Source: Octopus vulgaris (lineage: Eukaryota). Taken from it: a stretch of DNA of 64,000 nt. The DNA is taken from positions 201,996,001 through 202,060,000 of the forward strand of contig OX597814.1 in the NCBI GenBank assembly GCA_951406725.2. The letters run 5' to 3'. Within the stretch, counting starts at the first letter, position 1. Each line of letters starts with the position of its first letter. The position numbers and the translations under genes are program-made. The notes under the pieces were generated by a model. That model had not been told where the DNA came from and did no database searches. It was given only the letters and a program-made list of their open reading frames with translations. Shown in pieces: positions 13,961 to 27,462 of the stretch.

Positions 13961-14145
13961 TTTGTGTGTCTGTGATTGAACCCCCAACATCGCTTAACAA
14001 CCGTAACTTAGCGGTTCGGCAAAAGAGACCTATAGAATAAGTACTAGGCTTCCAAAGAATAAGTCCTGGGGTCGATTTGTCGAATAAAGGTGGTGCTCCA
14101 GCATAGCCGCAGTCAAATCACTGAAACAAGTAAAGTAAAGAGAGA
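13710..14145 (+). mobile_element. Family D SINE
   Basis: Head, expanded internal (TA)n(TG)n, tail GAAACAAGTAAAG. Confidence 0.88.
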
Positions 14146-14650
14146 CTAAGACATTCAGCTGCTGGTGAGCTAAAGAGGAGCTTTTTTCTGGCATGATCTT
14201 TCGGTCTCCTAAAAGTAGCAGCCAATTTCCCTTAAACCCATCACACTATCTTAGAAAGCACTATATTGGGTAATGCGGTCCAATGTTCCCTGCATATAGA
14301 AAAAGGTGAGATGGCCATAACTGGAATGCCTTTCATAAGTCTATCTGATTATAAGCCTTTTTTTCTTTTAGTTTCCTCATCTTTATTTTTCTCCTTTCGT
14401 CACACAATCTATTGTTGTGCTTCAGACAGAACTATTTTTTATGGCAAGCGAAAAGAAAACTTTGACCAAAAATAAAAGAAACCCTCATTTTTCTTTATGT
14501 TACATATTGAAAGTCAATGAATGATTTTAATAAATTCCCTTTTTTTTTTTTGTCTTTGTTTCTCTGAACGAATTACTTAAAAATCATTCACCACACAAGT
14601 CGGCAATTGATGACATCACAAAAGAAGCTTGTTGAAATTTTCAAACAAAA

Positions 14651-15294
14651 TCTATATATATAAATTTGACATGGGAGATTCTTTCTTGTCTTGGGATTCA
14701 CGGTCAAATGGCTGGGTAGAATTGTGCGAAAAATTACACAGATGTGTAGAATGATCCGATGATGATTCTGGGCTTTGTATATTTTTTCACAGCTCCCACA
14801 GTTACCGAGATAATCTGCTATAATAATAATACTCTTGTGTTTATGAATGAGAAAGGAAGGGGTGATAGATGAATAAGGAAGGAGGGGGTTATGTCATACT
14901 TGGTAGTGGGATGATGAAAACTGTATGCTGAAAAAATAAATCAAACAGCGTTTCAACTCTGTGTGAATATATGTGTGTGTATATAAAAGGGGGGTATGTG
15001 AATGTGTGTGTGTGTGTGTATGCATGTACGTATGTGTGTGTTTGTGTGTGTATGCACAATGGAAGTGGAATGGTTCATCTTTGTTCACTTACTATATGGG
15101 TTTATTTCGGATTTTGTTGAATCTTGGTTGTTTTTATTTTGTTGGCCAGTTATTTTTAGTGTTTTGACAGAAAAAAGTCATTCTAAAATTGCTTTTTAAC
15201 GTAAGCGTGCCCAAACTAGTCGAATGCTTACACAGAACAGGTTCTACAGCTACATCATCCAAACCAACCAGGTGAAACCAGGCTTAGCTGCTAG
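14651..15294 (+). mobile_element. Non-autonomous Helitron, old
   Basis: A|TCTATATATATAAA 5' end; 3' degenerate hairpin CCAGGTGAAACCAGG followed by CTAG|T; no TSD. Confidence 0.65.
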
Positions 15295-15379
15295 TAATAG
15301 AGTAATGATGAATATTAAATATCTCTTTAGTTTTTCGTGTTGAAAGTCAAGAATGAAAGGATGTCATAAGTGAACATAC

Positions 15380-15973
<594 letters not shown>

Positions 15974-16170
15974 ATGAGTGTATTTTTACCTTGTTAACAA
16001 TTAACACGGAAAAAATAAATAAATAGTTACCAGGGTAGCAAAAATCTCACAAGTAAAGATGTCGTAACTCCTTGTTTATAAAGGAGAAACTTCGTGTTTT
16101 ATGTGGAATATTTTGAATAATATATGAATAAATAAATGGAGTTTAACGCAGGTGTAAATCAAATATTTTT

Positions 16171-16256
16171 ACTTTCGACAAATGTTTCGAAAATTCCACT
16201 GATGCTATTCAAAAGAATAAATGGTATAAACAATGCAATCTTCTCCTCAGGAAAGT
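16171..16256 (-). ncRNA. Type I hammerhead ribozyme in a Penelope-like pLTR region
   Basis: Minus strand: ACUUUC-CUGAGGA-GAAGA..UUUUC-GAAAC-AUUU-GUC-GAAAGU. Complete core, 6-bp stem I, GUC cleavage triplet, 200 nt downstream of a GIY-YIG ORF. Confidence 0.8.
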
Positions 16257-16456
16257 GAAAAAAACGAAACTCATCAATAAGACATTTTAGCAAAAATGAT
16301 GGATTTTTATAGCGATTGACAGAACGCTATTAATATTGTTTTAAAAAACGTTATATGATATAACGTCATAAGTAGCTAACAGAAAGAGTATGGATACCAA
16401 TAGTGAATGTTAAATATAAAGGAAATTAAAGTTTAAATTATATATAATGATAGAGA

Positions 16457-16963
16457 CTACTTATATGCACAAAATATGTGTTTTTGCCAATGCTTACATC
16501 TGTATGCTCGCTCTATAATCGTGTTTACTAGAGTATTTTTAGAAAAAATAATGAAAAATAGCTCAGAATTGCAGAGAAGACAGAATTCCTTGCCTTTGTC
16601 ATAAGGTATCGAAATTGAGAGAATCAACCATTCTAAATGAAATTGTTCATTGTGGTCTTTTAAATCCCAAATCAGTTTGCTGAGGCCGGTACTATTACGT
16701 TTATTTCTATCCCTAAATTTTGAGTAATGGATAGAAATTCTTTTAGATAACTCTAACGATGTGCTTCCAATGTAAAATCGTACTTTATTACGAGTACTGA
16801 TTATACACTGGTATATAGAATTTTTAATGTTAGAGTTACTTGACATAAACATAATTCTATTGGAATTGACTTCAGATACAATAACCTTGTTATTAATATT
16901 TCTAGAAGGTTGGATGGTATAAGCTAAATTAATGTTAGTATTAGTAAATGTATTAATATTCAA
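16457..16963 (-). pseudogene. Penelope-like element C-terminal GIY-YIG endonuclease (5'-truncated, no RT)
   Basis: SIYQC..FYIGST..R...H..LSKLIWDLK..EWLIL..CLLCNSE..LVN..CKH motifs typical of PLE endonucleases. Confidence 0.85.
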
Positions 16964-17129
16964 CAGTTAATCTCCCTCTGCTGTTTCGTCAAGCTATTGC
17001 TAGGAATTTTCCAAAAAATTCTAGATATTACTCTATTATCAATTCACATACGGTTAGGATCGGTTTTTCAAACACAAAAAATCTCTTACAAATTATCTCT
17101 TCACATAATAACAAGCTGTTAAATATTAA

Positions 17130-17152
17130 CAGACAGACAGACAGACAGACGT

Positions 17153-17243
<91 letters not shown>
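17130..17243. repeat. (GACA)n(GATA)n microsatellite
   Basis: Direct reading. Confidence 0.95.
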
Positions 17244-17701
17244 TATCAGATGAATAAAATTAAAATATAATCCAGTTTTCACGTTTTTTATTATGCTATT
17301 TTAACAAAAAAATATTTTGTAATGTTCATAAAGTTCAATTAGCGCCTTCATATGTTCGTAGTAATCATCAGATTTCAAAATGGATTTAACTGACAGTTGA
17401 GTTCTTCACATCTGTATTAAAGTGACTGACTTCTTCATTTGTATACCCCTTAGAAGGCTCCAACAAGCTGAATTTTTCTAATACGATTTTGACCAATCTG
17501 CATGCAGGTTCAACATCACAGTTTGCCAGGCATACTGATATTACTGGCATAGATCCCCACCTTTATTTTAATCAATCAATTAGCTTGTGGTTTACATGTA
17601 ATGGTTTTAGGAATGAAAAAACTTAGTTGGTTTTGATCGTTTTTATTACTTCTGTAATTTGTTTATATTCATATGTTAAAGATATTTTTTAACCCACATC
17701 A

Positions 17702-18130
17702 TTAACTGCTTGTTATATTATTGTTGTTATTTCCGTTCAAAACAGGTTTTAACACTTTAATAAACCGTTTTTCTTTTATCTTTCTTCCAGCCTCGCTTGT
17801 ATCATGTAGTTTGTGGAAAGGAAAAATTAGAAGCATTTTCCGACCACATGTTTTTATATGTTCGCTCAATGGAATTTGGCGAACATTGGTATTCCAGATT
17901 TGTTGTCTGTGGACTTGTGAGCGTTCCAATAATGCATTCCCTGTCTCACCAATGTATAGGATCTCTCACAATTTGGGCATTAAATGCAGTAGGTAAAATT
18001 TCTGCATTTGCAGTTCATATCTGCATTTGCAAAAATCTGTCAATTTTTTGTTCTAATGGATCTACCTGTATGCATGTATTGACACGTTCCATATCTGTAA
18101 TAATTACATTTGGATACTGTCAATGTTTTA
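17702..18130 (-). pseudogene. Second, distinct Penelope-like GIY-YIG remnant (frameshifted)
   Basis: YCI*CPNC / YIGETG..R..HRQQI..SEH..C..IFPF..R..KE..FI..LKPVLN. Confidence 0.8.
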
Positions 18131-18224
18131 CCCTGTTTGTTTGTTCATTGGAATCTTGCCTTTGTGAATAGTTTCTTTAGATTGTGTGGTTACCTTTTGC
18201 TTAAGGTAAGTGTTTTATTAGTTA

Positions 18225-18619
18225 CTAGCAGTATCGCCCGGCGTTGCTCGGGTTTGTAAGGGAAATAACTATATAAGCATTTTTAGAGAGTTATAGCCAA
18301 AAAATAGCAAAAAAATGCATTAAAAATGGAAAAAAATGATGGTAATTTTTTTTTTAATCGTTGACTCATCGTAGACATTTTTAGAGAGTTACTTCCCTTA
18401 TATAATAGCGAAAAAATGCATTAAAATGGAAAAAAAAATGATTTTTTTAAAAATCGTAGACTCATCGTAGACGCGCGCTAATACCCAGAAGGGCTCGATA
18501 TGAATCACGACTATAAGATACCCGGTTTTGGTTAAACTGCACCGCAAAATGTGGGAGTAGTTAGGAATCTAAATCGTAGGAGACAGACACTCACACAACT
18601 TGACTTTTATATATAAAAA
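18225..18619 (-). mobile_element. Non-autonomous Helitron
   Basis: Minus strand ends CCCGAGCAACGCCGGG hairpin + CGATACTG-CTAG|T and starts with TTTTTATATATAAAAG after an A; CpG-rich, so probably young. Confidence 0.82.
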
Positions 18620-19126
18620 TGTTTTAAATTTTTTCTCTCTCTCTCTGTCTATAGAGAGACGGTTAACCATGAAAACAACACACAAAGGAGTCCATTGTAT
18701 TATCTTATAAGTCTTTAATATACGTGGTTGTCTATCATGGTTGCAAAACGAAATTAATATATATATATATATCCTCAAACAAGATAGCACCATAGCTCTA
18801 TTACAGTTGTTCATATTACACATCAATGAGTATTAATGACAAAATTCAAGACTATCACGAAGATGAGGGTGAGAGGCATTATTTTAGCTCTCACAAAAAC
18901 AACAATCAACAATATTATACAAAAAACCAAAAAGCAAGAGGAGAAAACTGTAATTGGAGATTTTATGGAAAAATAGACATGATGTTTGCAGTTTGTCATA
19001 GATTTAGGGCAATATTTTATTAATATATTTTGAAGCATGACAGCTATCATATGAAAACTTGGCAGGTGGTCCTTACAGCAAGCCATTTATTCAACGAATG
19101 ATGCTACAACTCAACACCTGCCTTAA

Positions 19127-19347
19127 CCCTTTCGTTACCGTATTTATTTTGAGATGCTCGCTGTTTCTTTCAATTACTTTAAATATAAGAAAGAATTTAG
19201 TAAAATAACTTAGTTATCATTCAGCTAGTGTTAGGAACATAAATTGTAACTAAGGTTTGGTGAAAGAGTTTAAATCAAAACTTATGAAAACAAGACATTT
19301 GTACTACAGAGTCAGAGGTTGTTTCAGCAAGGTTGGTAATGAAAGGG
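19127..19347. mobile_element. piggyBac-type MITE, copy 1
   Basis: TTAA|CCCTTTCGTTACC ... GGTAATGAAAGGG|TTAA. Confidence 0.85.
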
Positions 19348-19367
19348 TTAAATTAATCATTTTTTAA

Positions 19368-19585
19368 CCCTTTTGTTACCATATTTATTTTGAGATACGC
19401 TGTTTCTTTCAATTACTTTAAATATAACAAAGAATTTAGTAAAATAACTTAGTTATCATTCAACTAGTGTTAGGAACATGAAGTGTGACTAAGGTTTGGT
19501 GGAAGATTTTAATTCAAAACTTATGAAGACAAGGCATTTGTCCTCAGAGACAGAAGCGGTTTCAGACAGGTTGGTAACAAAAGGG
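19368..19585. mobile_element. piggyBac-type MITE, copy 2
   Basis: TTAA|CCCTTTTGTTACC ... GGTAACAAAAGGG|TTAA, perfect 13-bp TIR. Confidence 0.87.
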
Positions 19586-19904
19586 TTAAAGGGTCACTTT
19601 TGCAATGTGTACCTGTTGACTTTTATGAGGACATATTTATAAAAAATGTGCATAAATGTTTCTTTTTTAAATTTGCTAAGTCTGGAGGAAGAGGCAAGGG
19701 TCATGATATTTGCAGCTCATCTGAGACTGGTGAGCAAGAGGCAATGTTTCTGTTTAAGCAGTCGTCTACAGAGAACAACTCCTCCGTTTGGACAATGTGT
19801 TCATAATGCACTTAATTCATTGAGTTAAGAGGATTTCGAGGCAACACAGTGTTTCGACTTTTCAGTGTCTTTTCAGTTAAAGCTATCTCTAGATCTGGTT
19901 GGGC

Positions 19905-19938
19905 ATCCTCCTCCACCACCACCACCTCCTCCTCCTCC

Positions 19939-19970
<32 letters not shown>

Positions 19971-19978
19971 GTCATTAA

Positions 19979-20009
<31 letters not shown>

Positions 20010-20049
20010 GTCGTCATCATCATCATCATCACCACCATCATCATCATCG

Positions 20050-20092
<43 letters not shown>

Positions 20093-20112
20093 AATCATCA
20101 TCATCATCATCC

Positions 20113-20146
<34 letters not shown>

Positions 20147-20400
20147 AATCATCATCATCATCATCATCATCATTTAACGTCTGTTTCCCATGCTGGCATG
20201 GGTTGGTCAGTTTGGCAGGAGGTGGCCACCTGGAGAGTTGCCCAGGCACCATGCCCGTCTTGGTATGGTTTCTATGGCTGAATGCCCCTTTCCTAACACC
20301 AGCCCCTTTACAGAGTGTACTAAATGCTTTTACACAGCACTGACACAAGAGTTCTTTATGTGGCACTGGTACACGTGTTCCTTATGGTGGCACCTGCACC
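19905..20400 (-). mobile_element. Family E copy with greatly expanded (GAT)n tail (~19938-20172)
   Basis: (CAT)n array followed by TTTAACGTCTGTTTCCCATGCTGGCATGGGTTGG. Confidence 0.8.
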
Positions 20401-22770
20401 CACAAGCCTGCAAGATTAGGAATGCTCAACTGGAAAGGGATGCAAAGGATGATCCTGTATGCCAGGACAACCATACTTTTACTTATCTTGGTGGGTTTTC
20501 TCAACTACAGCAAACCACCAGGAGTCTTGGTCTTCTGTCAGCTCCTCTGTGGGTCCCAATGTCAGTAGATCCTTTCTCACCACTTCATCAGAAATTGAAG
20601 CTTTGAAGAAAATTATAATTTCATAGAGCAGAAAGAGGATAATTAAGGCAGGGGCAAACATGGCTATCCACAAGGGTGAGCTTTATGAGTCAGAGTGGCT
20701 GTTCAAGTACATCTCCTTTTCCATCCTCTGGGAAAATGCCTTTTACATTTTGTCCACTGGGACCATGAGGTAGACTGACAAACCTTTTTAGATATTTCTT
20801 TACTGAGGAAGAGAAAAGATATGATGATTTAGGCAGGGCTCTTCATCAAACTTCAATATTATTTGCCAAAACAACATAGAAATGTGTTTGTTTGTAAATT
20901 GACAAAAGTAAAGTTTTGTTCCAGCAGATGGAATGCAATGGAAACACTGTACCTCATTCCATTGATGGAAAAGAGCAGAACTATATCAAAAAATTTTGAC
21001 ACATAATATTCTGCCATTCCATCTTTTACATTTACAAGAACTGTTAAACATAAATGAAATGCTTTATTGACTTGTAATGAGGACAAAGAGTCTCCCTATG
21101 AGGTTGTGTGATGATTTATCCAGGCATTCAAAAACAGTTTCCATTTGAAACTTGGAGCAGTGAAGGCATGAAAATTGATGAGGTCGTGAAAGACAAGGAA
21201 AGGATTCTGATGAACTTAGCTGACTGATTGATTGAGTAGTTTATTATTCAAATGGTTAATTAGATCATCATCATCATCATCATCGTCGTCGTCGTTGTCG
21301 TCGTCATAATCATCATCGTCGTCGTCATAATCATCATCATCGTCATCATCACCATCATCTTTCAACATCCATTTTCTGTGCTGGCATGGGTTGGAGAGTT
21401 TTGACGGAGCTTGCAAGCCAGAAGGCTGCTCTGGCTCCAGTTTCCTGTTTTGGCATGCTTTCTATGGGTGGATGCCCCTTCCTATTACCTACTCCTTTAC
21501 AGAATGTATTGGATGCTATTTTAAGTGGCACCAGCATAGAAAGAAGTGAAATAGAACTGGTGTGTGTTTATTATTGGCATAATGACCCTCTCAAGATACA
21601 ACAAAATCTGTTATAACACATGAGTTCCCTTCAAGAATCTTTCAAACCCAATACAACAATTCCCTTTTCGAAAGGATGCAAGATTTATAAAAACGAATAG
21701 GTCACCATTTATGTAGTAATATTACTGCTAGAAAAGTACCTAAGACATCAGAATGACATAGTGTCATTCATTTATTATTGAAATAACTTAGAATTCTAGT
21801 AATAACCAATTCTCATACAAAATACATCTACAGATGAATTGCAAAATAAAATGACATGTTTCATAATGTTTATTCCAAAAATTCTAGGATTTGGTGAGTT
21901 TTACAAAACATGAGAGTTAACTGTTAGAAATAATATTTTTCCCTTATTATTCGCTGAATAGAATTGCTTCAGTTAAAAACAGTGTTTATGCTATCAGTTT
22001 GTGATAAATCGATACATAATATCTACAGCAGGTGAGAGTAAACATAAATGGAATCTCATATCATGCCATTAGATATCCGGCTCATTTTGTTCAAACTGTT
22101 TTATAAAGCTGTTGTTTTATATTTATAAGAAAGACATCAAGATTTATGTATCATTTATCCTAATCATAGTTTTACCATAAGTCCAGCAGGGGCTCTAATA
22201 TATAAAAGTGATTATAGAAATGAAGAATAGACACTGCAGTATACAAGTAATAAAGGCTAATTACAGTATGCTATACTTGAAGGTTTTTATTGGTTTTCTT
22301 TTTGCCCAGAAAGTTAAACACATTCCAACCATGACCACCTTGTTGAGACAGTTTGGAATCGGTTGCTTTTGTTGAGCCACAAAGTCAGCTCTAAATGGGC
22401 AGAAGTATAATCAAAGACATTCTGGTCGATTGTGGATATACTGCAGAAAGTCACTAAACTATGATATTCATCTTGAGAAGCATCCCATATAGATGTACAG
22501 TGCTAAAAAGCACAGAAATGTAATGGTAGCAGATGAAAAGTATCCAGCATTTTTGGTCGAATTGCCAGATCTGGGATTTCTGCATACTTGCACATCATCA
22601 GTAGCAAACATCCGCTTTCAACTGCAGGCTTAGACAAATTTCACTTCTACCAATATAGAAAAATAGTGATATACAACTCACTGGTGTCACAAGTAGCTAG
22701 CAGACTGAGTAAAAATTTGATATTAGCGACAGATTCAGTACTGCTATTGTCACTAATAATGAATTCTGTT

Positions 22771-22909
22771 CTATATTTAAGAGATGAGGAATTATGTACA
22801 TTATTTACATTAGACAGATATTTATCCTCATCTTGTTTTGGATGATATACCCTCCAGCCTTCATCAGGTGTCTTGGGGAAATTTTGAACCTGGCTTCTTA
22901 TTCCTAAGA

Positions 22910-22955
<46 letters not shown>

Positions 22956-23284
22956 TGCCTGGAATCAAACTTGGAATCTTGGGGTTAGCAGCCCGCCCTC
23001 TTAACCACTACACCATATGCCCATGGGCATATGGCGTAGTGGTTATGCTGTCTATGACCAAGTAGTCTGCTCTCTCTAATTAAATAAAAGTTAATAAAAT
23101 GTTTCCATTTCATAAAATTCAAATCAATATATATTAACCACTGATAACAACATTGAAAAATACCTTAGGAATGAGAACCCAGATTCGAAATTTTCCCAAG
23201 ACAGCTGATGAAGGCTGGAGGGTATATCAGCCAAAACAAGATGAGGAGAAATATCCGTCAAATGTAAATGATGTAAATAATGTG
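22771..23284. mobile_element. Family F composite: inverted pair of tRNA-headed, hammerhead-bearing elements
   Basis: 16-bp direct repeat AATAATGAATTCTGTT (22755-22770, 23285-23300); central 44-bp palindrome 23002-23045; CTGATGA-AGGCTG..CAGCC core motif in both arms. Confidence 0.8.
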
Positions 23285-23936
23285 AATAATGAATTCTGTT
23301 TATAAACATTTGATCTTTTCAAGATAGCTTATGTCAGACTTACATTATTTGAGATGTCCTTTCTTTTCTTATTAAAGAGAGTAAGAAATGATTTTGAGGA
23401 AGGTTAGTCTGCTTTATCTAGCAGGTTGAATTACCAGGTTTGGGGTTACTCAATGACCTTTAGAATTAGTTGTAGTTGTAATAGAGAAGATAGATTTGTT
23501 TGATGTATGAGAGCAACACCTAGGAAGGAAATATTTGATTATTTCTTTACAATGTTAATTTGGAAACCCAAATCCCCAATCATCTTTACAATTCCCACAT
23601 CGAAAGATATTCATAAATTCATAATTGAATTGCTATGAGTAAAAATACTGTTAAACAGTTGAGAGTCGACACAGAACTCTTCCTACAGCATTTGTATTCA
23701 GTTTACATTGAAATATAGAATAATCGAATCATTTTACTGAGATGTTTCACAAAGTATTCACAGAAATACTAATAGCAGTTGTGAGATAAGAATGTCATCT
23801 GAATCACTAATGACAAAGAAACTGTTATTTCTAGGTAGACCTGGATAATTCTTATTAACCCAAGGCATAGTTAAAAAACATAAACCCAGTTTAAATGACA
23901 TATTTGATTAGCAATTATATGTTTCTTTATTACCCA

Positions 23937-24297
23937 TCATCATCATCATTATCATCATCGTTTAACATCTGCTTTCCATGCTAGCATGGGTTGGATGATT
24001 TGACTGAAGTCTGGCAAACAAGATTGCTGCACAAGGTTCCGATCTGATTTGGCAGAGTTTCTACAGCTGGATGCCCTTCCTAATGCCAACCACTCCGAGA
24101 GTGTAGTGGGTACTTTTACGTGCCACCAGCACGAGGACTAGTTTGGTGGTACTGGTAACAGCCATGCCCAAATGGTGCTTTTTATGTGCCACCTGCACAG
24201 GTGCCAGTCCAGCGGCACTGGCGACGACCTCACTCAAATATTTCACGTGCCACCATCACAAGTGCTAGTAAGGTGACACGGTAACAATCATGCTCGA
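23937..24297 (-). mobile_element. Family E retroposon
   Basis: Close match to 13044-13403. Confidence 0.85.
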
Positions 24298-24523
24298 AGG
24301 GGCTAAACACAAGGGGCTAAACATAGAGGGGACAAACAAGGACAGACAAACAGATTAAGTCGATTACATCGACAACAGTACGTAACTGGTACTTAATTTA
24401 TCGACCCCAAAAGGATGAAAGGCAAAGTCGACCTCGGTGGAATTTGAACTCAGACCGTAACGGGAGACGAAATACGGCTACACATTTCGCCCGGCATGCT
24501 AATGATTCTGCCAGCTCACCGCC
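24298..24523 (-). mobile_element. Family C SINE
   Basis: Ends ..CTGCCAGCTCACCGCC on plus; C body. Confidence 0.85.
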
Positions 24524-24856
24524 TTGATTAGCAATTATAATAAAAGCCATACTATCTTTAATAGACACCAATCTGTTCTAAGACTTACAGAGAATATATC
24601 GAAGCAGATGATCTGGTTACTACATAGAACAACCTCAGAGACTACATCAAATATTTCTTGTTACTCTCTATCAGGACTTCCATCAGTCAAAGGTGGGTGG
24701 AATATAAAAAGAAAATGAATAGAATTTTTAAACCATGTTTTTTATGCATATCAAAATATTTTACTGTGTATTACTATTTACAATTGTCCAATCATAGAGA
24801 ATATTCTGCTTGTGGCGGGGAGTGGTGGTGATCAAGTAACCAGTTACAGATTTTAG

Positions 24857-24891
24857 TAGAAGAAGAACAAGAAGAACATGAACAAGAACAA

Positions 24892-24985
<94 letters not shown>

Positions 24986-25675
24986 AAGAAGAAGAACAAC
25001 AACAACAACAACAACAACAGCAACAACAACAAAAGTGCTGCAGCTCAAGAATAATAAAAAATATCCTTTGGTTAAAAAGCCAACTTTTTTTCATTTCTTC
25101 CAATATTCAAGTTTATTCTCTCATCAATGTTTTGGAACATATATTTTATTATTCTATTTTTATTTTATCTATACTCATTTCTTTCTTTCTTTCTTCTTCT
25201 TCTTCTTCTTCTTCTTCTTCTTCTTCTTCTTCTTCTTCTTCTTCTTCTCCTCCATCTTCTTCTTCTTTTTCTTCTTCTCCTTCCCTTCTTCTTCTTCCCC
25301 TTCTTCTTCTTTTTCTTCTTCTCCTTCCCTTCTTCTCCTTCCACTTCTTCTTCTTCTCCTTCCCCTTCTTCTTCTTCTCCTTCCCCTTCTTCTTTTTCTT
25401 CTTCTCCTTCCCTTCTTCTCCTTCCACTTCTTCTTCTTCTCCTTCCCCTTCTTCTTCTTCTCCTTCCCCTTCTTCTTTTTCTTCTTCTCCTTCCCTTCTT
25501 CTCCTTCCCCTTCTTCTTCTTCTCCTTCCCCTTCTTCTTCTTCTTCTTCTTCTTCTTCTTCTCATTATTATTATTATTTTTATTATTAATATTATTATTA
25601 TTATTATTATTATCATTATTGTTATTATTATTATTATTATTATCATTATTATTATTATTTTCCTTCTTCTTCTTC
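24857..25675. repeat. Compound trinucleotide arrays (AAT)n(AAG)n(AAC)n and (TTC/TCC)n(TTA)n
   Basis: Direct reading. Confidence 0.95.
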
Positions 25676-26700
25676 GGTGTAATATTTTTCACTCCACTGC
25701 TTTGTGCATTTCCATCATATACTGCCCTGGAGCATTTTTACTCAAAGTCTCTATAGCTCCATGATAGAAATGAATAAATTTTCCAAAAGTGCCAAGAATG
25801 TAATTAATGCGACAGATTACCAAAAAAAAGGTTTATACTCGTGGTTCCTTGTGGTTCCTTATCCAATTGATTTTTTTTAAAATATCGATTTGTAGAGAAG
25901 TGAAGTGAAGTCATAGACGTTTTTTTTTTCCCTGGAATATTTCCCATATTATAGTAGCAATTCTGTCTTTCTGTATTTTATGCAGCCATTGAATATTTCT
26001 ATTTCATACATTTGTTAAGGAAATATGGTGTAAACAGTTGATATTTACTGCACAAAATATGAATATGCTGTCTTGCTTTCAATGTCCGAGTCGTCTGCTC
26101 TCTCTAATTAAATAAAAATTAATAAAATGTTTCCATTTCATAAAATTCAAATCAATATATATTAACCACTATATTGATCAATATATCAATCAATTTCCAC
26201 CAGCATATCAATCAACTAATCAATCATTCAGATATTGCGGTATGAAACATCATAAAAAAAATATATAATTATGTCGGAGATATTCAGTTCTGACATGACT
26301 TGTTTAACGCAGGCAGTCAGCCATGTCGGCCTTAACAAAAACCCTGCCGTGTTTCTGTCGGAATACACTGACTAGGTTTCAATTAATTTGGAAAATTATG
26401 AAGAATTTAATAATAAAATAACTTTGTAAGTAGTAAAGCTGGTATTCGGGACATAAATTAACATGGAGGAGCTGTTTGATAACACAAAACGCTCTTAAAT
26501 TCACTTCGGATTTAAATTTATTTCAGGAGGTGTCAAAATCTCTAAAGCATGATTACATTGTAGTCTCTGATGCAGTTCCACTGCACTCAAGCATGACATA
26601 CATACATACATACATACATACATACATACATACATACATACATACATACATGCATACATACATACATACATATATGCATACATATATGCATACATATATG

Positions 26701-26740
<40 letters not shown>

Positions 26741-26860
26741 TTCAGCAAAATTTAGATTCAGATGAATATGGTACTTAAGTTAAAGGCACCAGAATTTGGT
26801 ATGGTATTATCCATATAATCACCCCAGTTGCTTATTTTGATATATATGTGTGTATATATA

Positions 26861-26974
<114 letters not shown>

Positions 26975-27174
26975 TTGGATTGGCTCCTGTGCTGGTGACA
27001 TGTAAAAAGTGCCATTCAAGCGTGATCATTGCCAGTGTCGCCTTACCAGCACATGTGCTGGTGGCATGGGAAAATCAACATTCAAGATAGATAGATAGAT
27101 AGAGCGAGAGATAGATATAAATACTGATGATGATGATGATAAAAACACATTTACTGTATATATATATAATTTTA

Positions 27175-27397
27175 TATTCTTTTATTCTTTTGTTTGTTTC
27201 AGTTATTTGATTGTGGCCATGCTGGAGCACCACCTTTAGTCGAGCAAATCAATCCCAGGACTTATTCTTTGTAAGACTAGGACTTATACTATCAGTCTCT
27301 TTTGCCAAACCATTAAGTTATGAGGACATAAACACACCAGCATCGGTTGTCAAGCAATGTTAGGGGGACAAACATATACATACATATACATACATAC

Positions 27398-27462
<65 letters not shown>

